NCBI GenBank assembly: GCA_964106915.2
Contig: OZ066929.1
Length of the DNA stretch: 64,000 bases
Origin: Podarcis gaigeae
Taxonomy: Eukaryota
Direction: 5' to 3' (one strand)
The notes under the pieces were generated by a model, which saw only the letters and a list, made by a program, of their open reading frames with translations, searched no databases and was not told the DNA's origin. Within the stretch, counting starts at the first letter, position 1. Each line of letters begins with the position of its first letter. Position numbers and translations under genes: made by a program. Positions 1 through 12,600 of this stretch are shown piece after piece.

Positions 1-2278
1 CCGAGTCCCTCTTCGGCCGGAAATGGTAGGAATCAAACTCAGGAGCTTCCACGTGAAAGGAAGCTGCTCTGCCAGCCCCTCACAAGAATGCAGCTGGATC
101 AGGCCAGAGGGGACCCAGCGCCTAGTCCAGCTTCCTGCCCCATGCGGAAGCCCACAAGCAGGAGCGGAGCACCACAGCAGGACGTGCCCCCCCACTCTTG
201 CTCTGCTCAGCAAGATGTGAGGTGATGGCAAAGGGTGGCCCAGGAGGATTCTGGGAAACAGGCCCCGACAGACAAGGCAGGATTTAAGGGAGGCAGCCCG
301 GCTGCTTTGCGGACCCCAAAGGGGCTGCTGTCCACAACCAGCTGGCAAGCAGGCGCAGGGGACACCCCCTTCTCACAGTCACACGAGGCAGGTTTACTCC
401 TCCCAGACAAATGTAGGAAACGGCCTTCCTACTGAGACAGGCTGCCAGCTCATTTAGCTTGCAAGCGTTTGCACTGACTCCCCTGTATTTCTCAGCTCTA
501 CCTGGAGAGGCAGAGGACTGAACCACTCCCCCCCCCCATTTTCTTTTTAAAGCCATCTAAACTGGCGCCCATCACAAGCTTTCGTGGGAGTCAATTCCAT
601 AGCGCTGCACCAGGGACGGGTCTTCCAGAGGGGTGGTTGGTCCAGCCCGCCCCCGTCTGAGCAACTGACGGCCTTGTGGGCACCTTAAAAGACGGTGGCA
701 CAAGCCTCTGTGGGAACAGTGGGCACGAGAGAGGAACCTCCGCAAATAGAGCTTTCCTTCCATCACAGAAACAAGCAAGGAAACCTTCGCTGATTAGGGT
801 TTTTTGTTTTTAAATGCATCCTACCTTTAAAAAAAATGGTTTCAAGGTATCTCAGACATTGAAAAAAGGAATGCAACCTAGAAAGCAAAAAATAACTAAA
901 AATGCAGCAGGCTTTGCCACCCTGGTGAGCTGCCCATTCAGATATACTGAATGGAGACTTTCCTGCTCTGGCCGCCCAGAACTTAACTGATGAATCTGCC
1001 TTTGTCAGCCTGGTGCTCTTTTTGCCCTGGGCTAAGGCTCTGCTGGCCGGGGCTGGTCAGAGGTCATTTGGAGGGCACAAGGATTGAAACTTCTTCAGCA
1101 CCTACTTCTGCATGCAGAAGGCCCCAGGTTCAGCCACCAGCATCATCAGTTAAAAATGGATCTTGAGCACATAGGAAGCCGCCTGATGCAGAGTCCATCT
1201 AGCTCAGGGTGATCTTCACTGACTGGCAGTAACAGCTTTCCAGGGTTTTAGGCAGGAGTCTTTTCTTCAACCCTACGCAGAGATGTTGCCAGGGATGGAA
1301 CCTGGGACCTTCTGCATGCAAAGCAGGTGCACTACTGCTGAGCTACGGATGAGCAAGCTTCCAGGAAGTTAGGGAGCTGCCATATACTGAGATCGTTGGC
1401 TCCCTTTAGCTCAGTACCGTCTTCACTGGCTGGCAGCAATGGCTCTCCAAGGTTTCAGGCAGGGGACTATTCCCAGCCCTGCCTGGAGATGCTGATGGGG
1501 ACAGAACAGGGGACCTTCTGCATGCACGGCAGATGCTCTGCCATGGAGCTTCCCCAGTGATGGAAGGGTTCTCCTCCCCAGCCTGAGACCCTGGAGACCA
1601 GCTGCCAGTTGGAGCAGAGAACAGGGGGCTGGATGGACAAATAGCCCAATAAGGCAGCTGCCTCGTCTGCTGGCTGCAAGCAGGCGGCCCCAATCCCTGG
1701 CTACCTGCAAACACTCGGCATCCTCCCTGCTCCCACCCCAGCCCCACTTTGTCACTGCAGCTTTTCTGGTCCCCCCCCCCCAGCTCACCTGGGGTGTGGG
1801 TGAAGAGGTGCAGCGTGGAGACTGGGGTTTGAGAGCGGGGTTGGGGGCCACTTCCCCATGCGGCTCTTTCTGCTCCCAGGAGCCTGAGGTTACGCTCAAA
1901 TACTCCGGAGGGGCTAATTTTAAAAGGCCACTAAACCAAGGCTGCAGCAGATGAGCCGGCGTTATTTTTATAGGCGGCTGAGAAAACTGGACTCGGCTTG
2001 GGGCTTGCCGGTCCTGGTAGATGCCGCGTGGTTTGCACATTGAGGAGGCACTGGTAAAAAGACGTTGCGGACAGGCCTCGGAGGAACTCTGGGGAACCAC
2101 AAGGGCCCTTCTGAAAGGGTTCAGGAGTTGGGCCTCGGTTTGGTGGGCGGGCTGTTGATTTGATTTATTTCATAAAATTAATGCACAGCTTAACTTTTAA
2201 AAAAAGAAATCTCTCAAAACAATTTGCAAAAAGAAATGTTATCAGTAAAAATAGTTAAAGCCAACTATTTAGTTCCAA

Positions 2279-2775
2279 ACCTAGACAGCACCTTAAAAAG
2301 CAGTGACATCACCTTGCCAACAAAGGCCCATATAGTTAAAGCTCTGGTTTTCCCAGTAGTGATGTATGGAAGTGAGAGCTGGACCATAAAGAAGGCTTAT
2401 CGCCGAAGAATGGATGCTTTTGAATTATGGTACTGGAGGAGACTCTGGAGAGTCCCATGGACTGCAAGAAGATCAAACCTCTCCATTCTGAAGGGAATCA
2501 GCCCTGAGTGCTCACTGGAAGGACAGATCCTGAAGCTGAGGCTCCAAGACTTTGGCCACCTCAAGAGAAGAGAAGACTCCCTGGAAAAGACCCTGATGCT
2601 GGGAAAGATGGAGGGCACAAGGAGAAGGGGACGACAGAGGAGGAGATGGTTGGATAGTGTTCTCGAAGCTACCAGCATGAGTTTGACTAAACTGCGGGAG
2701 GCAGTGGAAGACAGAAGTGCCTGGCGTGCTCTGGTCCAGGCGGTCATGAAGAGTCGGAAACGACTAAATGACAAC
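2279..2775 (+). mobile_element. 5'-truncated BovB (RTE clade) LINE with 12-bp TSD
   Basis: C-terminal ORF (YGSESWT, DAFELW.WRR..PWTARRSN, LEKTLMLGK, RRRGRQR.RW.D); (ACA)n-type tail; ATTTAGTTCCAA at 2267-2278 and 2776-2787. Confidence 0.9.
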
Positions 2776-5141
2776 ATTTAGTTCCAAGAATAAAACCAGC
2801 AATGAACTGAGAAGAGATTAAAATGTAAATCAACGTTCTACATGCCTGATATTACAGGGAGGTGCCCACACGGGGGCAGCTGAACTGTGAAACTCACTGC
2901 CACAGGAAACAAGGATGGCCACCAACCAGGATGGCTTTGAAAGACAACTCATGGAGGGCTCCTAGCCATGATGGATGCTCTCTCTACCTCCGCAGTCGGA
3001 GGCAGCAACGATCCCAAACGCAAGTTTCTGCAAACCGCAAGAGGGGTGTGTTGCTGTGGAGCACAGGCTTTCCACAGGGACACCTGGCCGGCCCCTGAGA
3101 ACAGGTTGCTGGGCTAGACAGACCCACCTTGGCCTGATCCAGCGGGTGCTCTTCAGAGGCTCCTTCTCCATGTAATACAGAGAGAGGGAGAGTCACCTGC
3201 TAAGCCCCATCGTCAGAAGGCCAGTGCAAGGCCTGCCATTTGTGCAATAGGGCTCCCCAACCCTGACCTCCCAAAATTGGCTCAGGGGAGAAGCTTCAGA
3301 GGAGTGTATGGGGGGAGGGGGGGTTGTTCTGCCCAACAGGCCAAAAAGCTCGTGTGGACAGAGCAACTGCACCAGCACTATGCTGAACTCCACCCTGGGA
3401 GTCGCTTAAGAGCAGCCAGATGGAGCCACAGCCTGAAGTTGGCTGGTTTGGGGGGGGGCAACTCTTGCCCTGCTCAGCTGGGAAGGGCACAAAAAGGCCA
3501 GAAGACAAACTGCCTGGATATGTGTGTAAGACGTGCTGGGGGGGTGGGGATGGGGGTTTGCGGCGAAGGGAAGTGATCCTGGCGGTGGCCCTATGAACAT
3601 CCCTCCAGTGATTTATAGGAAGTATAATCCAATAATATAGTAAAACAGAACAGTGTGTTTGAGATGGGTTTGATTCCAGGAATTATAAAACAAATTATTA
3701 AAAAGGGGAAAGAGAGAGAGAGAGAGAGAAAGGGGGTGGGCTTTGGGGGTGGGAGAAAAGCCCCACTGAGACCAGATTGGAGTAAATTGGGCACAGATGG
3801 GTGGGGGAGGGGCTCGCAGGACTCCCCCCGCCGGAGATGCCCTGCCACAAGGCACGGCTTCAATTAACTCGCTTGCAAACTCCGTTCCAGCCACCCCTCT
3901 CTCCCTGTGCCCAAATTACAGATCCCCCCCCCAAAAAACACGCCACCAACCACATTCTCCACGCGTCTGCGGTCAGGATAAAGGCACCCCCCACTTCCCT
4001 GCCAGGCGGGGCTCGACACCTGGGGCAAGGTGTTGCGCTGGCCTCCTCCTGGACCTCCTGAGGGCAAAGGGAGCCCGCCAGACCTCCTTCTGGAGAGAGA
4101 CGGCATGCAAGGGACAGAGATCGCAGCTTTTGGGGTGGGGGTGGTGGGTGGCACTGTTCCGGACTGCCAAGGAACTACCAAAAGGGGGCTGGCCAGGCAT
4201 CACCTTCCCCTACAGCACTTTGAGGCAGAGTGGGGTGGGGGACAGGAAGGAAGAGCAAGGCTCAAAGGAAAGAAAAAGGTTGCACAAGCAATGCTTTCTG
4301 GGTGCCACAGAGGACGACACAGCAGGAGAGCCACAGATCTGACCTGCTGACCCCAGGATCTGCCAGCGCTGCTCTCCCGTGAGGATGACAGCCACAGCAG
4401 GAGGGCTACAGGGGGAGAATTTAGGTGAGGCCCAGGCAGGGCTCTTTTGATGTGTCAGAGACAAACACTGAAGGGGGCCCTTCCTTGGACCAAACCCACT
4501 GGCTGCTTCTGCCCATGAGGAAGGACAAAGGCAGCCTGCCTAGAGGTACTACATTGGGAATGGCAGGTGGGGAGTGCCCTGCTGTAGCCCTCGGGTCCTG
4601 CTGCTAGCTTCTTCCCCTAGGGGGCACCTGATTGGCCATTCAAAGAATAGGATGCTGAAACAAGGTGGGCCCCCTTTGGCAGCAGGGCCAATTGCGATAG
4701 CAGAACCTCCATGCCCAGGGACAGTCTACCTCTGAATACCGGGTGATGGGCAACAACAACTAGAGAGATGTTGTAGCGCTCAGGTCCTGCTTTGCAGGCT
4801 TCTTCCCGTTGGCTGGCCACTGCAAAAACAGGCTGATAAACAAGCTGGCCTGATCCAGCTGGCACAGGGCTCTCCTTAGGCTCTTATAAGCGCCTCTCCA
4901 CACAGGAAGCAAATGGTCCCATGGGAACCCTGAGCTGGATGCTAACCAGCAAGAGTTGCTGGTTATCTCAATATCTCACTTCTGCCCGCTGGGGTTTTGG
5001 AATTCAGCAGTTTTCTCAACCTGTGACTTCCAAAGGGCCTCCTGGGCACCAGAGTTGTGTCCTGCCCACAAACCCAGCGCCTGAGGACCGAGGCCTGGGG
5101 CTCCTTCCTGACTCCTTCCCCCACCTGTCCCCCTCCAGTAC

Positions 5142-5287
5142 CTTTGGGCTGGGAGTTGTAGACAGCAAACATGTTGATGGCCATGAGTTGCAGCAGGCGG
5201 GTGCTTCCGATGGGCGAGGGGCTGTGCCCCAGCAGCACCCGGAACTCGCTCAGGACCTCAGCAGCCACAGCAGGGAAGGTCTCCATC
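5142..5287 (-). CDS. SMG6: SMG6 exon 10
   Basis: METFPAVAAEVLSEFRVLLGHSPSPIGSTRLLQLMAINMFAVYNSQPK; 146 nt, phase fits. Confidence 0.94.
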
Positions 5288-5373
5288 CTGAAGAAACCAA
5301 GGAAGGAGGGGAGGCATTGTGTGCATTGCTCATTATTAACAACGCCGTTTGCATTGCATTGTTATTTCTATTA

Positions 5374-5626
5374 CAGTCATACCTCGTGTTACGTTTGCTT
5401 CATGTTACGTTCTTTCAGCTTATGTCCCGTGGCGACCTGGAAATACTGGAAAGGGTTACTTCCAGGTTTTGCCACTCGCGCATGTGCAAAAGTGCTAAAT
5501 CGTGCTTCGTGCATAAGCGCCAGATCGCGCTGCGCACCTGTGCAGATATGAAACTTCAGGTTGCGCTCTTTTCATGTTGCGAACAGGCCTCCGGAACGGA
5601 TCCCGTTCCAACCTGAGGTATCACTG
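5374..5626. mobile_element. related Tigger-like MITE (different internal sequence)
   Basis: TA|CAGTCATACCTCGTGTT ... AACCTGAGGTATCACTG|TA. Confidence 0.8.
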
Positions 5627-5699
5627 TATTATTATTATTATTATTATTATTCACTTATCTCCCAGTACAATTATCGTAACGACAACCTGGGAGCAGAGG

Positions 5700-6076
5700 A
5701 CCGCAAGCAAGATGATAAAAAGGGGCAGGGAACCAAGTCTTGTGAGGAACATTTTAGGGAGCCGGGGATGTTTAGCCTGGAGAAGAGGAGAAACAAACTT
5801 GTTTCCTCCTGCTCTGGAGGGTGGGTCTCGAACCCATGGCTTCAAGTTCCAAGAAAGGAGATTCCGACTCAACATCAGGAAGAACTTTCTAACTGTAAGA
5901 GCCGGACGACAGAGGGATGAAGTCCCTCAGATGGTGGTGGCCTTTCCTTCCTTGGAGGTTTTTAAGCAGAGGTGGGGGGGGGGTCCTTGTCAGGGATGCT
6001 TTAGCTACGATTTGTGCATTGCAAGGAGCTGGACTAGATGAACCTCAGGAGTCCCTTCCACCTCTACAATTCTATG
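5700..6076 (+). mobile_element. CR1 LINE 3' fragment
   Basis: GMFSLEKRR / RFRLNIRKNFLTVRA / FPSLEVFKQR and CCCTTCCA..TCTACAATTCTATG tail. Confidence 0.85.
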
Positions 6077-7847
6077 GGGATGAAAGATAACGGCAGAATC
6101 TGCTAGAAAGCCAGCTGTTGTGGAGACGCGGAGAGGTGTCGAATTAAGACTAGAGAAACTAAGGTTCCAGTCCCCACTCAGCCACGAAACTCCCTGGGTG
6201 GCCTTGGGCCAGTCACTGCCTCTCAGCCTAGCCTACCTTGCAGGGCTGTTGATAAAATGGGGAGAAGAACCATGTACGCCACCTTGAGCTCCTTGGCAGC
6301 AGGGTGGAATATAAATGTAATAAATAATAATAATAATGGGGTGTGGGGCAAGCAGGGGAGGTTGTGTGGGACTGAGAAAAGCTGCTATTTCTCAGCAACA
6401 CTGGCCTACTTTATGGGGCTGCCGTCGAGATCTGCCGAGCACAAGGAGACAAAGTACTTTGGTGAAGAGAAATTACCACTTTGACCCTACACGTGGTTAC
6501 CACTGGAAAGTGTGTGCGTGTGTGTGTCTCAGTGAGTGAAATCGCTTCCGCTGTTTTGTCACAGGAAACATGAGCACCTGCACTCTCATTCACAGCAGAG
6601 GGAGCTCTGCAGGTCGCCCAGTTACGAAGCCAACTCAAACTCGGCCCTTGTGGGAGCTGACGTGAACCCGAGGCCCTGCGGCCGTTGTTTGGACTCCAAC
6701 TCCCAGCACACCCAGCAGCCAGCATGGCCAGTGGTCAGGGATGGTGGAAGTCCGAGAGGGCACAGACTGGAGCTCCTTCTTCCTCGCACCCAGGGAGGCT
6801 TCCCAAGAGGGGCAACGCCAACTCCTCTGCCGTCACCCAAGAAGCAATGGCCACCTGAGGGAAAGCCTGGGAGCCAAATGCTGTCCAGGGACAGCAGAAT
6901 GAATGCTTGGCATGGGGGAGGTTCAATCCCCAGGCTTGCTACCCAGAATTCGGTAGTGAGTGAAAATGGGGGAGAAAGACGCTTATCTGCCAGAGATCCT
7001 GGGAGGCTCAGCCGGTCAGAGTGGAACATGCTGGGCTAGATGGACAAGACAAAGCACACAGCAGAAGAGCCTGGTGGATCAAGGCCCTTCTGGTCCAATG
7101 TCCTCTTCTCACAGAGACCAACTAGGTGTTCCCCTGGGAAACCCGCAAGCAGGATTCAAGCACAAGGGCAGCAGCCTCCCCTCCTTGGTTCCCAGCAACA
7201 GAGACTCAGAAGCATCCCCATCTCCAGCTGTGGAGGCAGAGCAAAGCCCTCGAGAGCCTCCTCCTCCATGAATTTGCCTAACCCCTTTAAAAAGCCGCCC
7301 AAGCTGTTGGCCATCATGGCCTCATGTGGGAGGGAGTTCCACCATTTAACTCTGCGCTGCACTAAGAGGGACTTCCTTTCCTCTGCTCGGCATTTCTCTG
7401 ACAATCTGCCTCAATTTGTCAGGAGCCAATCCCTGGAGGACACGATTTGGATCGGGGGGCATCAGACCTCAATGCTAAACAGAACCTCCACAGGCAGAGG
7501 CAGTCTAGCCCTGAACTCCGGGCGGCAGCGGGAAAATGGCACGAATGGACTTGGCTGGGGACGAATTTGTTCTGATAAAGGAGGGCAGCTGCTGGACGAG
7601 GAGGGCCAGACCTGCGTCACTGCTGCGGTGGCGCTCCCAGCCCCAGCCCCGGCTGGAGTGCTGACCCTCTCCCTCGCCCCCACCCGCCCCGCCCTCCAGA
7701 GCCGGCCTGGGAGGGGGAGGGAGGAGGAGGAGGCAGCTTCACACCCTGTGCCCTCCGCTCCAAACACAAGCCCAGTTGCTAACAATATTGGAATTCCAAA
7801 AGGCCTCGTAATGTAGGAAAAATAAAACAAACATCCTGCAGCCTTAC

Positions 7848-7909
7848 CCAATCCTGGTAAACAGCTTCCCATGGGCATGGAGAAAACTCAGGACGAACCT
7901 TTTGTTCAG
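7848..7909 (-). CDS. SMG6: SMG6 exon 9
   Basis: LNKRFVLSFLHAHGKLFTRIG; polypyrimidine tract, AG and GTAAGG, 62 nt. Confidence 0.95.
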
Positions 7910-8764
7910 CTGCATGGGAAAGAGGGGGGGAAAGCAGAGAGAGAGAGAGAGAAAAGATGATGTTGAAGAAGATGAGAAAACAATTTGAACGCTCCCTTTT
8001 CCTGTGAACGAGCCCAGAGTCCCGGGTGACAGGATAACCTGGCCTGGGATGTGCAGAGGGGGGTGGAGGGGCGGCAGATGGGAACCAAATGTCTGTGCCC
8101 CGGCCCTCCAAGCGCGAGGGCAAGTGCCAGACAGCTGCATTTTTTGAGGGGGGAGACGTGCTAGGCCCACGGCACCCTCTGCTGGCGGACAAGGTTCTCT
8201 GCAAGCAACGGGAGCATGTGTGCAAGGAATCCCAGGGGTGCCCACCTACCGCCACTTTCCAGAGGGGAATGCGAGGGCAACATGCAAGGACCTAAGAAGA
8301 GCCTTGAAGCTGGCTCAGCCCAGCCCAGCAACCTGTCCTCAGTGGCCAAAGCAGGACCTGAGCCCAACAGCAGCAACTCTCCAGTTGTCCCCATTCCTCT
8401 GGTTTTCTGAGGCAGACTGTCCCTGAGCATGGATGGAGGTTCTGCTTTCACAATAGGGCTTCCTAAGAGCCTGGCTGGAGCAGGCCAAAGGGAGCCCATC
8501 CAGTCCAGCCTTCCCAGTGGCCTTCCAGATACCCCAAAGGGAAGCCCGAGAGTGGGGCCTGGGCAACAACAACTCTCCCCCTCCTGTTATTCACACCATC
8601 CCCGTAAAGCATTCTTAAACCACTTGAACAGTCACGGCTTCCCCCAAAGTATCCTGGGAACTACAGTTTGCTGGAGGGCATCTGTCACTACTGTGGAATT
8701 TGCACTAGGCCTCAGCAGATGCAAGAAGAGGCGAAGGTCATTCTTAGGCTGAGTGGGAGGTGCA

Positions 8765-8902
8765 ATCACAGAATTGTAGAGTTGGAAGGGACCCGAGGCA
8801 CATCTAGTCCAGCCCCTGGCAATGCAGGAATCTTTTGCCCAACGTGGGGCTCAAACCCACAACCCTGAGATTTAAGAGTCTCATGCTCTACCAACTGAAC
8901 TA
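8765..8902 (-). mobile_element. tRNA-Lys-derived SINE with CR1 3' tail
   Basis: Minus strand matches tRNA-Lys(CTT) body (GGTAGAGCATGAGACTCTTA..CTCAGGGT.GTGGGTT.GAGCCCCACGTTGGGC) fused to the GGACTAGATG...CCCTTCCAACTCTACAATTCT tail. Confidence 0.75.
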
Positions 8903-9631
8903 AACAGAGCAATGTATTAAAACCAATACATTCACTGGAACGACAACAAACTGCACATGGAGGAAACGCTGCCAGACAGAGAGAATCAAGGTGGTTTTTC
9001 CTCTGTTTTGGACATATTCTACCACCACCAACCCCCCTTTGCTTTGCCAACTCTCCTGTACTAACCCAACTGTGGCACAAATCCATTTCCAAGACAGTAA
9101 CTGGCCCAGGAATCCCATATCCTGCCCCTCCTCGATTTTGCAAGCAGGCTGCCATGCAATGCCTGAAGCATGGTGGCGGGGGTCGGACCCAACCAATTCC
9201 TGTAGTAGGGAGGGACACACACAGAGCATGCAAGTCCTGTCAATGCGGCTCCTTGCGGGGAAGACCCGAGTTCTAATGCCTCATCTAGCCACAAAGCTCC
9301 TTGAGTGACCTCAAGCCATCCACCAGCTTTCTCCTTTGGCCAGGCCTACCTTACAGGGGTGGTTGCAAGGAGAAACGTGGGGGACAGGTGTCCATTGCCC
9401 CGAGTGCTTTGGGGGAAAGGAAGGGGATGTACATTAAATATAGGTGAAGCCTCAGATAGTTGGGGTGCAACATGGGAAGAATGGAAGAGAAGCAGTGCAG
9501 AGCAGTGGTCGGAGCAGGGGGTTCAGGAGTACTGCATTGGTAAGCTTTTAATGTTTGATGCTTTATTATGTTTTTAATGTGTTGGAAGCTTCCTAGAGTG
9601 GCTGGCGTAATCCAGCCAGATGGGTGAGGTG

Positions 9632-9632
<1 letters not shown>

Positions 9633-9675
<43 letters not shown>
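9633..9675. repeat. (ATT)n microsatellite (L2 tail)
   Basis: Perfect trinucleotide run. Confidence 0.9.
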
Positions 9676-9680
<5 letters not shown>

Positions 9681-12600
9681 CTCATCACTCCTGGATGCTG
9701 GCCCTTCTGGCTGAGTTGCAGTCCTAAACACCTGGAGGGCACCAGGTTGGCTACCCCCTGGGCTAGAGCGCTGGGCTAGGATCTGGGAGGGGCCAGGGTC
9801 CAAAATCCCCTGACGCTCAGCCCTCCTGAAGTTCCCTGGGTGAGTCACTGCCTCTCTCTCAGCCCAGCCTGCCTCACAGGGTTATTGGGAGGATAACATG
9901 AGAACTTGTGGACATCCAACAAAGCGGAATGTTGAAAGATTCAGGACAGATAGAAGGAAGTCCTCTCTGCTGCAAGACGCAGCGGCGAGGGCCACCAACT
10001 TGGATGCTTTTAAGAGAGGATTGGACAGATTCATGCAAGAGGAGAGGGCTATCAACGGCAACCAGCCATGAGGCTTCCGGAGAGCAGTTGCTGAAAACTG
10101 CAGGAGGGGAGAGGGCTCCTGGGGTGGGGTCACGCCTGGGGGCTCCCCCTGTGAGAAGAGGAGACCGGGCTCGGTGGGCCACTGACCTGATCCCGCCGCC
10201 AGGCTCTTCTTATATTCCTATGCTAGTGGGGGAGAATCGCACACACCACCTTGAGCTGCTTGGAGGAAAAGCAGAATATAAATGTTGCGATGATGATGGT
10301 GGTGGTGCTCTGGGGTGGGAAGGGAAGGGCAAGGGAAGCCCCTTCCCAGCTCCCTCCGTGCGTGCGTGCGTGCCTGCCGCCTGCCTCCCGCGTGACCCCG
10401 ATGAGCTCAGCCCTGGGAAGAGGCCGGTGGGAAGGTTCAAGGGCAGGCCAGCGGCTGCTCTCCAAATGACTCTCTGCGTGGTTGTGCTCTTGGCGTGACT
10501 CACCTGCCGGCAGGGCCCCCCCTGGGAACCTCCTGCTTCTCACAGCCAGAGGGAAACGGAGCCCCCGGGAGAGGAAGTGGCACCACCTGCTGGTTGCGGC
10601 GGCTGCGCGAGGCGAGGGGGAGGAGGGGGGGCACACATGCACTTCCCCAAAGCAGTGGAGGGATGAGAAATGCGCCCCCTGTGCCCCCCTCCACAAAACA
10701 CGAAGAGCAAAGAAGACAGCCCAGTGGCTGCCCTTTCTCACTTTCTCAACAACCCAATTATCCAGAGGGGGTTCCCCCATCTCCTGCTACCCCATACAGA
10801 ACACACCAAAGCAGACTAGTCCTCAGTGAGGAAGATGTCACGGGCGGCACTTGTGGTTTGGGCGGGGTGTACGGAGGGGTAGCTCGGCTGAGCCCAGGCC
10901 TGGATATCCGTGTGGATTTTTGTTTACATTGTGCTCCGTTTTGCAACTGTTAATGCATTATCTTGGAATGTTGCTTTATGTAGGTTCTCATGAGCTGCTT
11001 GAGCATGGCTCCGTCATGGGAAAGCAGCATACAAATAGAGACACAACGATAAGGCTGAAGATCGTTCACCCGCTCACACGTTTCGATCTGAAACACTTGG
11101 GTGCCGCCCCGCAGCAAAACTTCCCAGGGAAAGCTGATTAGGGGAGGTTTGTACAATCTTGAGTGTGACTGATGGTGACAAGAGCGCCGTGAGCTCCTTT
11201 TCTAAGGAACTCTGATTCTGGGGGTGGGGAAGTGCCCAAAGAAGGCAATATGAATATAGGCAATGCCATATCTATAGGAAGGACATAAGGACACAAGGTC
11301 AGCCATCACACTACGAATTTACCAAATGGTGAAGTCGCTCCTGAATGTGGTATCTAAAACTCTTGCTAATAATAAGAATAATTTTATTAATTATATAGCC
11401 TGTCCATCTGACTGGGCTGCCCCAGCCATTCTGGGTGGCTTCCAACAAAATACAAAAACACAGTAAAACTCCAAACATTAAAAACTCCCAATAGCTAAAT
11501 GGTTATCAGACTTCGAAAGGCTGCTTTTGCAAGATTAGGTTCATCAGTTTTGTTGAAATAATAATTAAACTAGCTAGCTGTAATTGGATTTCAAATAAAT
11601 GTGCAAGCAATTGTTACTGCTTTGAATTTTATTGTGTAATTTTCTTCCTGAGTGTGTTGTGCATGTCACTATTCTGAATAATGCTTCTTATGGGGTAGGG
11701 TGGGGGGGGGCCTTGAGCTTATGGAACCAAGGGGCAGAAGCCCCCCCCCAAATCAGGAACCACCAGCCTAATCCTTTACAGGAACCTAGGAAGAGTCCTG
11801 CAGCAGGTCCCCCAAAAGAGGACCATCCAACACAACACCCTCTGATTAGCAAGTAGGACCCGAGTGAATCAGCAACACTCTCCTCGCCTGCGACTCCCAG
11901 GAAGACAAATATGGAGGCGTTGTGTCTCCCACAGGGGAGGCAGAGCACAGCTATTGTGCTGAGGAGCCACTGGCAGCAACAGCCCCGGCTCTGAGCACCA
12001 ATCCATCTGGCCCCGATCCGGGGGGCTGGGGCTCTGCACTCGGCACCTGAGCCCCAGGATCCCTGGTGGGAAGGAGGGCAGGCACCAAATAAGGGCAGGA
12101 TTCCAGCACAGCTGCTCCGGTAGGGCTGGGATTAGGAGGAGGAGGAGGAGGAGAGGCTGCTTCCAGTTAAAAATGGTTACTTCAGGTTTGGAAGCAGCAC
12201 TCTGGTATCTGTTCTTTATCAAGCGAGGAGGCAAACTTTCCCCTCGGCAGCCGCGACGCATCTGCGGAGCAGAGAAGGGTCGGCGGAACCAGCGCGGGGC
12301 AGCGGAAGGACAAGGCTTGTTTCTTTGCCAGGGGACCGGATGCGGGAGGGGAGGAAGCAGCGCCACGGATGTCACGGTGGGGGGCAGTCTGGGTGGCTGC
12401 TAAGAAAAAAAAAGTAAGAAGGAGGAGCGAAGGGAGAAGATGCACCCAGGGACAAACCCAGCCGGGCTCAGCGGAGAGGCGTGTTTGTCTGACCGGTTGG
12501 CACAAGAGCCCCCCTCCAGAGCCCCTTTCCCAGAGCAGGCCTCAGGCCTCCCTTGGGAAATGGGTGGGCCAGGAGAGCAGCGCTTCCTCCAACCTCCTGA

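Noticed and set aside
2224-2781. 185-aa ORF as a host gene
   Set aside because: It is the C-terminus of a truncated BovB LINE
1-5141. SMG6 exon 11 and later
   Set aside because: No matching coding segment found; presumably beyond the left edge
5374-5626. CpG-rich conserved noncoding element or structured RNA next to SMG6 exon 10
   Set aside because: Bounded by Tigger-like TIRs and TA duplication; it is a MITE
7040-7816. 258-aa plus-strand ORF
   Set aside because: First half is antisense CR1 3' sequence, the rest is GC-rich low complexity
8830-8902. tRNA-Lys gene
   Set aside because: 5' acceptor stem missing, substitutions in the T-loop, and fused to a CR1 tail; it is a SINE
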